A stretch of DNA of 64,000 bases, from contig OY781964.1 of the NCBI GenBank assembly GCA_963677485.1, positions 4,640,001 to 4,704,000 of the forward strand, in the 5' to 3' direction. The number at the start of each line of letters is the position of its first letter. Position 1 is the first letter of the stretch. Both the position numbers and the translations under genes were made by a program. Of the stretch, positions 48,019-56,382 are shown in pieces. This DNA comes from Armatimonadota bacterium. Lineage in GTDB: Bacteria > Armatimonadota > HRBIN16. Under the pieces are notes generated by a model, which was given only the letters and a program-made list of their open reading frames with translations, had not been told where the DNA came from and searched no databases.

Positions 48019-48597
48019 ATGAAAGATAAAGACAGAATGCACCCTGCAGCAAAATGGCTAAGAGTTGGGCCGGGTTTGCTGATCGCCGCGGTTTTGTCCG
48101 TTGTGGTATGGAGCCAGTGGGGTAAATACGAAACAGCGGCCAGGCAAGCCAAACCGCGCCTACCGATTATCGAACGACAGCTCATCTCATCCTCAACAGA
48201 GACCGATGCAGGGCCGATTCCTGAGTTGAAATTCATACTCGATCGTAGTGATGCGTTGAAACTGAACAGCTCACAACGAGAGCGGATCATGAAGCTGCAG
48301 CAGGACTGGCTCCATCGATATGCACCAAAGGTCGCGGCAGCACAACACGCGGCCGATACGACCCGCGAATACCTTCAGCAAAAGCAACAAAGCTCGCGTG
48401 TGCCGGTCGCGCAGATACAAAACAATGCCACCCCGCTCATTTCTCTTTCTGCTGAGATATCGGCAGCCCGAAGATCATATTGGAGCCAAGCCACGAAACT
48501 ACTGAGTAGCTCTCAGCGAGGCATATTAACCAAGGCACGCATCGCGGATTGGCAGGCGCGGCAGAAGCGTATGTTTGAATTCACCCGTCCCAAATAA
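48019..48597 (+). CDS. Membrane-anchored periplasmic helical protein, Spy/CpxP/ZraP-like
   Basis: TM anchor and two LTxxQ-like motifs (LKLNSSQR, LLSSSQR). Confidence 0.55.
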   Translation: MKDKDRMHPAAKWLRVGPGLLIAAVLSVVVWSQWGKYETAARQAKPRLPIIERQLISSSTETDAGPIPELKFILDRSDALKLNSSQRERIMKLQQDWLHRYAPKVAAAQHAADTTREYLQQKQQSSRVPVAQIQNNATPLISLSAEISAARRSYWSQATKLLSSSQRGILTKARIADWQARQKRMFEFTRPK

Positions 48598-48707
48598 TCT
48601 AACCGCTCATTTTCTATTTGCTCCGGCTTGATAAAGGAAATTGCTCAGTCCATGCGTAACAATTGGGTATACGCAGATCGCTGCTGGTCACACTGAGGAG
48701 AATAGAA

Positions 48708-51569
48708 TTGAGCGCACCACAAAATAAGATCACCCTGACCGATGCATTGCATCGAATCAATACCGAATTGAATTACGCCGAAGGTCTGTTGACCATGCGG
48801 CCCAATGCCGACTGCAGCCGTGAAGTGCAGGCTGTTCGGCAGATGGTGGCGGAGCGTGCGAGTTCGCTCAGCAACGACACCGCGGCATCTTTACTTGCCG
48901 AGTGCGAAGCACAGCTCGCTGAAACGGCGAAAATCGCCAAATCTGTCACGGTGCATATGGTCGCCCATGCCCATATCGATATGAACTGGATGTGGGCGTA
49001 CGACGAGACGGTCGCCGTCTCCCTTGATACTTTCGCCACGATGCTGAAGTTGATGGAAATCTACCCCAACTTCACTTTTTCCCAGAGCCAGGCCTCGGTC
49101 TACCGCATCGTGGAGCAGTACGACCCCAATATGCTGCAGCAGATCGCTCGCCGTGTGAAAGAGGGGCGATGGGAGGTATCTTCAGCCACTTGGGTGGAGC
49201 ATGACAAGAATATGTCCTCAGGTGAAACCCAGTTGCGCCAGGTTTTATATGCCAAGCGCTGCTTCAAGAGGCTGTTCGGCATCGGATACGACGACATCAA
49301 GCTGGATTTCGAGCCTGACACCTTCGGACATTCGCTGCACACCCCTGACATTCTCTCCAGCGTGGGAGTGAACTACTACTACCATTGCCGCGCTTATCGC
49401 GATGAGAAGCTCTACCGCTGGCAGGCACCAGATGGTAAGGAGCTGCTGTGCTATCTCGAGAAGGGCGACTGGTATAGCTGGGAAGTGTCACCTGGAGGGA
49501 TCGTCGATGTGTCACTGCGAGAGATGCGCGAAACGGGCATGTCTGATGTGCTGCGTGTGTATGGGGTAGGCGACCATGGCGGTGGCCCGACCGTGCGGGA
49601 CATAGAGGCGATCAACCTGGCGAATAGCTGGCCGGTGTTCCCTGTAGTGAAGTGCTCTACCTACGCGAACTTCTTCGCCAAAGCGAATGAAGCCCGTGAG
49701 AGTTTCCCGCTGGTGACCGGAGAGCACAACTTTGTGTTCACAGGCTGCTACACATCCCAGTCGGATGTTAAGAAGGGCAACAGGCATTCTGAAAAGAACC
49801 TGGTTCAGACGGAGGGTTTTGCGGCACTCGCCCACGCGTTAGCTCCTGAATATGAGTACCCTGCCGAGTTACTGGGGACCGCCTGGGAGCATGTGCTGTT
49901 TAACCAGTTCCATGACATTCTGCCCGGTTCTGGCATCGTCGATACCCGCCGTTATGCCATGGGGAAATATCAGGAGGTCAGTGCCGTCACCAGCACCACG
50001 CAGAAGAGGGCACTCTCTGCGATTTCTAGCCGCATCGACACCTCCGGGTTGCTGAAATACGTGCCAGCCTCGGAAGGGGTTGATGACCGCGCCCTTGGAG
50101 CCGGTGTCGGCTTCTGGCAGAACGACAAGGGAGCATCCAGCCCAGGTGTCGACCACAATAACTACCGGATTATTACTGTCTTCAATCCCTCCGCAGTGGA
50201 ACGCACACAGGTGGTTGAGGTGGTGCTGTGGGATATGGCCGGCAAGGGCGGACTGGTGGCTAAAAACGCCTCTGGTGATGAGGTCGCACTTCAGATCATC
50301 GAGCATCACGGCGGATTCTGGGCCCATCGATTCAAGATTGTTCTTCTTGAGGCACTCAAGGTGCCACCGATGGGATACAGAAGCTACGTGGTGTATGAAG
50401 ACCTCGCCCGCACCGATGTGCCGGACGGCTGGGACATGCGCGTTGAAGAGCCGCTGAACCTGAGCATCGAGAACGAGATGCTCAAAGTGACGCTCGACAG
50501 CCAGACGGGAGCCATCAGCAGCCTGCTTCTCAAATACGAGAATCTGGAACTGGTCACTGAGGATGAGCAGACGGCGTTGTTCCGTGTGATCGACGAGTCC
50601 AGCGTGCTGAATGGCGGCATGAGTTCATGGATCGTGGGAAGTTATGCAAATATCGAGCCCATCAGCGGTGTGAAATATACGGACATCCCACGCCAGGGTT
50701 ACGAAAGGGCCGTCGAGAGATTTACCCTACGCAAAGTGAGTGGGGCACTGCGCAACGGATTGGTGTGGCTTGGTAAAATCCGAGGCTCGCAACTGCTGGT
50801 CGGCATCCATTTGGATAAAGGCAGCAAGCAAGTGGTCATTGACTGTAAAGTCGACTGGCTGGAGAAGGGCACACGAGAGAGCTTTGTACCGCAACTGAAC
50901 ATCACCATCCCCGTGGCCATCAAACAGGCACAGCATACCTTTGAAGTGCCGTTCGGGGCTATCGTGCGTGAACCGCGTGATCAAGACCTGCCAGCCCTGC
51001 GTTGGGCAGATATCAGCGGGTGCCATGATGCCACTGGTCATCTTTTCGGCTTAACAGTGGCCACCGACTCCAAGCACGGCTACCGGATTTCAGAGAACTC
51101 GGTTTCGGTGTCGCTCATCCGCAGCAGCTACGACCCAGACCTGTATCCAGAATACGGCGAACACCGCTTCTCGCTTGCGTTGGCGCCTCATGAGGGACAG
51201 TGCGATGTCGCCGCTGGTTGTGCTGTGGCGGACACTTTGGATCACCCGCTGGTGGTGACCCAAAACAATGCCCACACCGGCGATATGTCAACCGACAGTG
51301 CTCTGATCCATTTGAACAACTGCAACATCGTACTAAGTTCAGTGAAAAAGCCCGAAGATAGTGATGGGCTGGTGATTCGGTTGTATGAGGTTGCTGGCTG
51401 CGACACTTCGGCGAAGCTGTATGTGTCACCTGAACTTGCTGGCGAAGGTGCAAGCTGGTCTGAGGTCGATTCCCTGGAACGGCCCATCGGTGATTTCAAG
51501 CCTGTGGTCGACGGCATCATAAGGGTGAACATCCCTGCCCGAGCCATCAGATCCATCATCGTGAAGTAG
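48708..51569 (+). CDS. Alpha-mannosidase (GH38)
   Basis: HAHIDMNWMW, PDTFGH, YGVGDHGGGPT, GCYTSQ, NQFHDILPGS; TTG start after GAGGAG. Confidence 0.95.
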   Translation: MSAPQNKITLTDALHRINTELNYAEGLLTMRPNADCSREVQAVRQMVAERASSLSNDTAASLLAECEAQLAETAKIAKSVTVHMVAHAHIDMNWMWAYDETVAVSLDTFATMLKLMEIYPNFTFSQSQASVYRIVEQYDPNMLQQIARRVKEGRWEVSSATWVEHDKNMSSGETQLRQVLYAKRCFKRLFGIGYDDIKLDFEPDTFGHSLHTPDILSSVGVNYYYHCRAYRDEKLYRWQAPDGKELLCYLEKGDWYSWEVSPGGIVDVSLREMRETGMSDVLRVYGVGDHGGGPTVRDIEAINLANSWPVFPVVKCSTYANFFAKANEARESFPLVTGEHNFVFTGCYTSQSDVKKGNRHSEKNLVQTEGFAALAHALAPEYEYPAELLGTAWEHVLFNQFHDILPGSGIVDTRRYAMGKYQEVSAVTSTTQKRALSAISSRIDTSGLLKYVPASEGVDDRALGAGVGFWQNDKGASSPGVDHNNYRIITVFNPSAVERTQVVEVVLWDMAGKGGLVAKNASGDEVALQIIEHHGGFWAHRFKIVLLEALKVPPMGYRSYVVYEDLARTDVPDGWDMRVEEPLNLSIENEMLKVTLDSQTGAISSLLLKYENLELVTEDEQTALFRVIDESSVLNGGMSSWIVGSYANIEPISGVKYTDIPRQGYERAVERFTLRKVSGALRNGLVWLGKIRGSQLLVGIHLDKGSKQVVIDCKVDWLEKGTRESFVPQLNITIPVAIKQAQHTFEVPFGAIVREPRDQDLPALRWADISGCHDATGHLFGLTVATDSKHGYRISENSVSVSLIRSSYDPDLYPEYGEHRFSLALAPHEGQCDVAAGCAVADTLDHPLVVTQNNAHTGDMSTDSALIHLNNCNIVLSSVKKPEDSDGLVIRLYEVAGCDTSAKLYVSPELAGEGASWSEVDSLERPIGDFKPVVDGIIRVNIPARAIRSIIVK

Positions 51570-51581
51570 TCACAGTCACAA

Positions 51582-51612
51582 TGAGGGTTGCCTGGTGATC
51601 AGGCAGCCCTCA
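51582..51612 (+). terminator. Intergenic hairpin
   Basis: TGAGGGTTGCCTG-GTGAT-CAGGCAGCCCTCA; no U-tract. Confidence 0.4.
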
Positions 51613-51628
51613 GATAAGAGGGTCAGCC

Positions 51629-52819
51629 ATGCAAAAGTATGCGCTTCCGCTGTTTATCTTGTTCTCACTTGCTGCGATCAGTTGTGCTCAATCGACACAA
51701 GCACCAAACGGCAAACCGCAAAACAGCCTCATCGCGTTTACTCTGCACGACAAAGTAGGGCACCAGCAGATATTTACCCAGAAACCTGACGGAACAAACA
51801 AGCACCAGTTGACCTTCGATGGTGATAACGGCAGGGCTGACTGGTCGCCTGATGGCAATCGGATCGTCATGGGGTATTCGGACAGTAAGAAACACGGCGT
51901 GGCGATCATGGATGGAAATGGCTCTAACTGGAAATTCCTGGCCGAGGGCGGTAACGACCCAGACTGGTCACCAGATGGCAAGACCATCGCCTTTTCGCGT
52001 CCAAGTAAGTCTGACGGCGGGAGTATGCTGCCGCAGATATGGCTGATGGACGCGGACGGCGGGAATCTACGACAGTTGACCACAAGTAACACAGCGAAAA
52101 ACGGGCCGTCATGGTCACCAGACGGAAAGCAGATGGTGTTCATCAACTACCGAAACCCTGGTTCACCGTCTGACCCCCAGCCGCAGATCGGGATTATGAA
52201 CTCCGATGGTACCAACGAACGGCTTCTGACGACCGAAAAGCGGAATAATGTCAAGATAGAAGAAGACGGTAGCTCCACACTACTAGAAACCGCGAATGAT
52301 GCGAACGCGCCATGCTGGTCACCAGTCGATAACCGTGTGGCATTCTGGTCAGGGTTGGAGACGCAGTATGGGCAGATATGGGTGATCAACTCCGACGGCA
52401 CCAACTCAAAACAGTTGACCGAAGACCCGTCGCACCGAAGCAGCGATGACCCCTCATGGTCGCCTGATGGCACCAAAATACTCTTTAACACCGGACGCAG
52501 TGGACACTCCGAGCTCTGGGTAATGAATTCAGACGGCAGCGACGAGAAGAGGGTCAGTGATACCGACCCCATCCCATGCCCCGGACGAGGCGCCTGGCAG
52601 CCTGTCATTGAAGGGGTGACTAAAACCTGGACAGACTACCCAGAAGAGAAATCCCATGCTAATTCCGAGAGTGTGGTGGGCATTAAGCCCGTCGCGCCTG
52701 TCATCACACACACAAATGCACTTGGTGTATATCAGCTTTCCGGTGATACACTCACGAAGTTGAGTCTCGTCACGCTTAAGAAGCTTGTCAGTATACAGCT
52801 AAAACCTAAGGCGGCTTAG
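51629..52819 (+). pseudogene. TolB-like PD40 beta-propeller protein, 5' part, interrupted at 52805/52806
   Basis: Signal peptide and repeated WSPDG motifs. The stop codon (TAG 52817-52819) lies inside the inserted element's hairpin. Confidence 0.85.
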
Positions 52820-54461
52820 CCGCAACCAAAAAAGGAATGATTACATTCGCCACGTAATATACATTCAAACACCCTTTCGTGAGGTTGCCCAGAATGACAT
52901 CACTTCAAGAACGCTATGCAAAGCAGATAGCTGGGGTATATTCATGCTTCGACCGCATAGTTATCACCGGTACAATCCCAGGCTGGTGTCATAGCGACGG
53001 AATGGGCATCTATCTTCATCAACGCAACATCAGGCTATTTGACTTTCCTAAGGAATTTGCCGAACCTCTACGAGATGAGATCAAAGCCAATGCGGAACGC
53101 CTTGCCGTTACCAACAGCATTGAAATTGAGTATATACGCCGTGCCTCTTCATTTCGAAAAGAAGACCGCATCAAAGAGATCATTAGTAGTCGAGGGTGTC
53201 ACCCCGGTCTCGTCCACATATTCTCAGTGTTGGAAAAATGTCCTGCATACACCCCGTGGCACGACAAGATTACCCACAAAACCCGGCTGAATATCAAGGA
53301 GACCAAGTGTCTTCATTACTACTTCTATTTCATCGATGCAGAGTTTGGACTGTGCTATCTACGAGTTCCGACCTGGGTGCCCTTCCGTCTGCAATTCTAT
53401 TGTAATGGACACAATTATCTCGCGCATTGCCTTCAATCCGAGGGAGTAGTTTTCACTCCACTGGACAACGCCTTTGTAAAAATCGACGACTTTAGCTGTG
53501 CTCAGAGGCTGGCAGACGCTTTTCCTGCTGATAAGCTGCACCATGCGCTGGATGCATTTGCCAGAATGTATTGCCCCGTGATACGGCTTGCTGACAATTC
53601 ATATCATTGGTCGCTAATGCAGGTGGAATATGCTACAGACATCGTGTTCAAACGCGCCGAAGACCTCAAAGCCATCTACGATAATCTAGTCAAAACAGCG
53701 ATACATACGGTAACGCCAGAGTCTATCGCGATGTTTCTTGGTAAGAAACTTGATGGGCGAACACTCGCTGAGATCGGCACTGACTACAAGTTCGATCGCC
53801 GCATACAAGGCACGCGCATCAAACACTACATGGGATGGGCTTCTATCAAAATGTATGACAAGCAAGGGATAATCTTGCGTATCGAGACGACTGTGAATGA
53901 CGTCTCTGAATTTAAACACTACCGTGAGGTAGAACATCATGATGGGACGACTGAGATTAAATACGCCCCTATGCAAAAGACCATCTACAGCCTTCCTCCA
54001 TTGAGGGAACTGTTATTATCTGCAAACAACAGATATCTTGACTTTCTTTCCGCCCTTGATGACAACAGCGATGGTGAACATCAGATCATCAAAATCGCGA
54101 CCTCGACCACCCGTGATCATCGCTCGTATCGAGGATTCAACCTTTTCCTCAAGAAGGATTTGGAATGTCTCATTGCACTTGCTCGCGGAGAGGGATGCAT
54201 CAGCGGGATCACAAACCGTATGCTTCAAAAAGCCTTACCGCAGATGTCCAGCTCTCAGATATCATACTTCATCAAGCGATGCCGAGTATTCCGGCTCGTT
54301 AAAAAATGCGGTAAACGCTACAAATACTACCTCACTGCACTTGGCAAGCGTATCATCATGGCAGCACTTGCTATTCGCCAGATCGTTGTGCCTAACGCTT
54401 TGTGTGGTGCGTAATATCAGAATATTCTATACACCGTGTTCAAAATATGGTTGGTAAGATA
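52806..54461 (+). mobile_element. Insertion element without terminal inverted repeats; CTAA core at both junctions
   Basis: Deleting 52806-54461 joins the flanks in frame (CAG CTA AAA CCT AAA ACG CCC ATG = QLKPKTPM). Hairpin GCGGC-TTA-GCCGC at 52811-52823. Single large ORF; visibly more AT-rich than the flanks. Confidence 0.85.
52894..54414 (+). CDS. Putative transposase: Rep_trans-like catalytic motifs plus C-terminal winged helix (MarR-like)
   Basis: SCFDRIVITG, HYYFYFID, QVEYATD, IKMYDK...LRIET and the wHTH-like tail SYFIKRCRVFRLVKK...YYLTALG; fills the element. Confidence 0.72.
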   Translation: MTSLQERYAKQIAGVYSCFDRIVITGTIPGWCHSDGMGIYLHQRNIRLFDFPKEFAEPLRDEIKANAERLAVTNSIEIEYIRRASSFRKEDRIKEIISSRGCHPGLVHIFSVLEKCPAYTPWHDKITHKTRLNIKETKCLHYYFYFIDAEFGLCYLRVPTWVPFRLQFYCNGHNYLAHCLQSEGVVFTPLDNAFVKIDDFSCAQRLADAFPADKLHHALDAFARMYCPVIRLADNSYHWSLMQVEYATDIVFKRAEDLKAIYDNLVKTAIHTVTPESIAMFLGKKLDGRTLAEIGTDYKFDRRIQGTRIKHYMGWASIKMYDKQGIILRIETTVNDVSEFKHYREVEHHDGTTEIKYAPMQKTIYSLPPLRELLLSANNRYLDFLSALDDNSDGEHQIIKIATSTTRDHRSYRGFNLFLKKDLECLIALARGEGCISGITNRMLQKALPQMSSSQISYFIKRCRVFRLVKKCGKRYKYYLTALGKRIIMAALAIRQIVVPNALCGA

Positions 54462-54757
54462 CTAAAACGCCCATGAATACTGACGCCAACCAGATGCAGC
54501 CGTCTGCGATGCTGATCACGGCTGAGAAGGTGATCGTGTTGATAGGGCAGCAGCTCTATGTAGTCAACGCAGCCAATATGAAAGTCACAATGACTGCTAA
54601 GTTACCTGCCTACGATGCAAGTGGCCTTTCGATGCAGCCAGATCCCACACTCGCACTACAGGGCAATGCGGTATACGTGACTATCGGGTCCCGGTCGGTC
54701 GCTGTCAATGCTGTGACGGGTGCCATCATTGGTTCAAGCAAGGCGGTACAGCCTTAG
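54462..54757 (+). pseudogene. 3' remnant of the interrupted TolB-like gene
   Basis: In frame with the 5' part after excision. Encodes two further beta-blade-like repeats resembling the one just before the insertion. Confidence 0.78.
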
Positions 54758-54957
54758 TGTGCAGGTGTTATTATCCATAACGACCATCAAACAAATATCA
54801 CGAAACTGTACACATTGTTCGAGTGGAGGTATCAGTTCACTGGGTTTCGTTATACCCATCGCGGATGCGGCTCGTACGCCTTATAATCCTATTCATGATA
54901 AGATAAATTGAGAATGTCCCGTTGTTTTTACTGCGGGAAAATAGGAGCATAACGTAA

Positions 54958-56352
54958 GTGCAGTATTTCGTAAAAGATATCGGACTGGCTGATTTCGGCC
55001 GCAAAGAGATATCCATGGCCGAAAAAGAGATGCCGGGTTTAATGGCCACCCGTGAAAAGTACGGGCCATCCAAGCCCCTGCAAGGTGCGCGCATTACCGG
55101 ATCCCTTCACATGACGATTCAGACAGCGGTGCTAATCGAAACCCTGAAAGAACTGGGTGCCGATGTGCGCTGGGCTAGTTGTAATATATATTCCACCCAG
55201 GACCACGCCGCCGCCGCAATCGCGGAGTCCGGCACACCGGTATTTGCTTACAAAGGCGAGAGCCTTGAGGAATACTGGGAATTCACGATGAACGCGCTGA
55301 CCTGGGATGATGGCTGCGGACCCACCCTGATCGTGGATGATGGCGGCGATGCGACGCTGGTGATTCACAGAGGCTATGCCGCTGAGAATGACCCATCGAT
55401 ACTGGATGAGCCCACAGACAACCACGAAATGATGATCATCAACAAGGCCATCAAGAAGCGGCTGAGTGAGATACCGGGTTACTTCCATGCCACCATCGCG
55501 AAGCTGAAGGGTGTTTCCGAGGAAACCACCACCGGTGTTCACCGGCTCTATCAAATGATGGAGCGCGGAGAGTTGCTCGTACCGGCCATCAACGTAAACG
55601 ACTCCGTGACCAAGTCCAAATTCGACAACATCTACGGATGCCGCGAATCGCTGGTAGACGGAATCAAGCGCGCGACGGACATCATGCTGGCTGGCAAAAA
55701 AGTGATGGTCTGCGGATATGGCGATGTGGGCAAGGGCAGTTCTGAAGCCTTGTCTAGCCACAAGGCCCAGGTCATGGTCAGTGAGATTGACCCAATCTGT
55801 GCTCTTCAAGCTTGCATGGCTGGCTATAGCGTGAAGACCGTTGAAGATGCGTTGCCAGATGCTGATATCTATGTCACCACGACAGGCAACTGTAACATCA
55901 TCACGATCGACCATATGGCGAAGATGAAAGATCAGGCCATCGTGTGCAATATCGGCCATTTTGATAATGAGATTCAAGTGGATGCATTGAAGAAGTATCC
56001 CGGCATTAAACATCTCAATATCAAGCCACAGGTCGATGCCTACACATTCCCTGACGGACACACGATCTATCTGCTAGCAGACGGCCGGCTAGTGAACCTT
56101 GGCTGCGCCACGGGACACCCCAGCTTTGTGATGTCCAACAGCTTCACCAACCAGACTCTGGCGCAGATCGATCTATGGACCAAAGAACGCGAGGTTGGTG
56201 TGTTTGTGCTGGACAAGAAGCTTGATGAAGAGGTGGCCAGACTGCACCTTGCCAAGCTGGGAGCCAAACTGACTGAACTGACCCCAGAGCAGGCCGGTTA
56301 TATCGGCGTGCCAGTGGAAGGACCTTACAAACCCGAACTCTATCGATACTAA
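54958..56352 (+). CDS. ahcY: Adenosylhomocysteinase
   Basis: [51 protein letters not shown]. Confidence 0.98.
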   Translation: MQYFVKDIGLADFGRKEISMAEKEMPGLMATREKYGPSKPLQGARITGSLHMTIQTAVLIETLKELGADVRWASCNIYSTQDHAAAAIAESGTPVFAYKGESLEEYWEFTMNALTWDDGCGPTLIVDDGGDATLVIHRGYAAENDPSILDEPTDNHEMMIINKAIKKRLSEIPGYFHATIAKLKGVSEETTTGVHRLYQMMERGELLVPAINVNDSVTKSKFDNIYGCRESLVDGIKRATDIMLAGKKVMVCGYGDVGKGSSEALSSHKAQVMVSEIDPICALQACMAGYSVKTVEDALPDADIYVTTTGNCNIITIDHMAKMKDQAIVCNIGHFDNEIQVDALKKYPGIKHLNIKPQVDAYTFPDGHTIYLLADGRLVNLGCATGHPSFVMSNSFTNQTLAQIDLWTKEREVGVFVLDKKLDEEVARLHLAKLGAKLTELTPEQAGYIGVPVEGPYKPELYRY

Positions 56353-56382
56353 CTAATCTGCCAAAAAATAGGGGATTTCATT

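Noticed and set aside
52799-54468. CTAAAAC on both sides of the element read as a 7-bp target-site duplication
   Set aside because: Collapsing to one copy gives LKRP-stop and separates similar repeat units, whereas keeping both restores a continuous frame. Disfavoured but not excluded without the empty allele.
54758-54957. Possible SAH or SAM riboswitch upstream of ahcY
   Set aside because: No GAGGAGCG/CAGGCTC SAH core or SAM-I ATCxAGAG core visible.
55132-56061. 309-aa antisense ORF within ahcY (and similar ORFs opposite sdhA, sdhB, purF)
   Set aside because: Codon-bias shadow ORFs fully overlapping well-supported genes.
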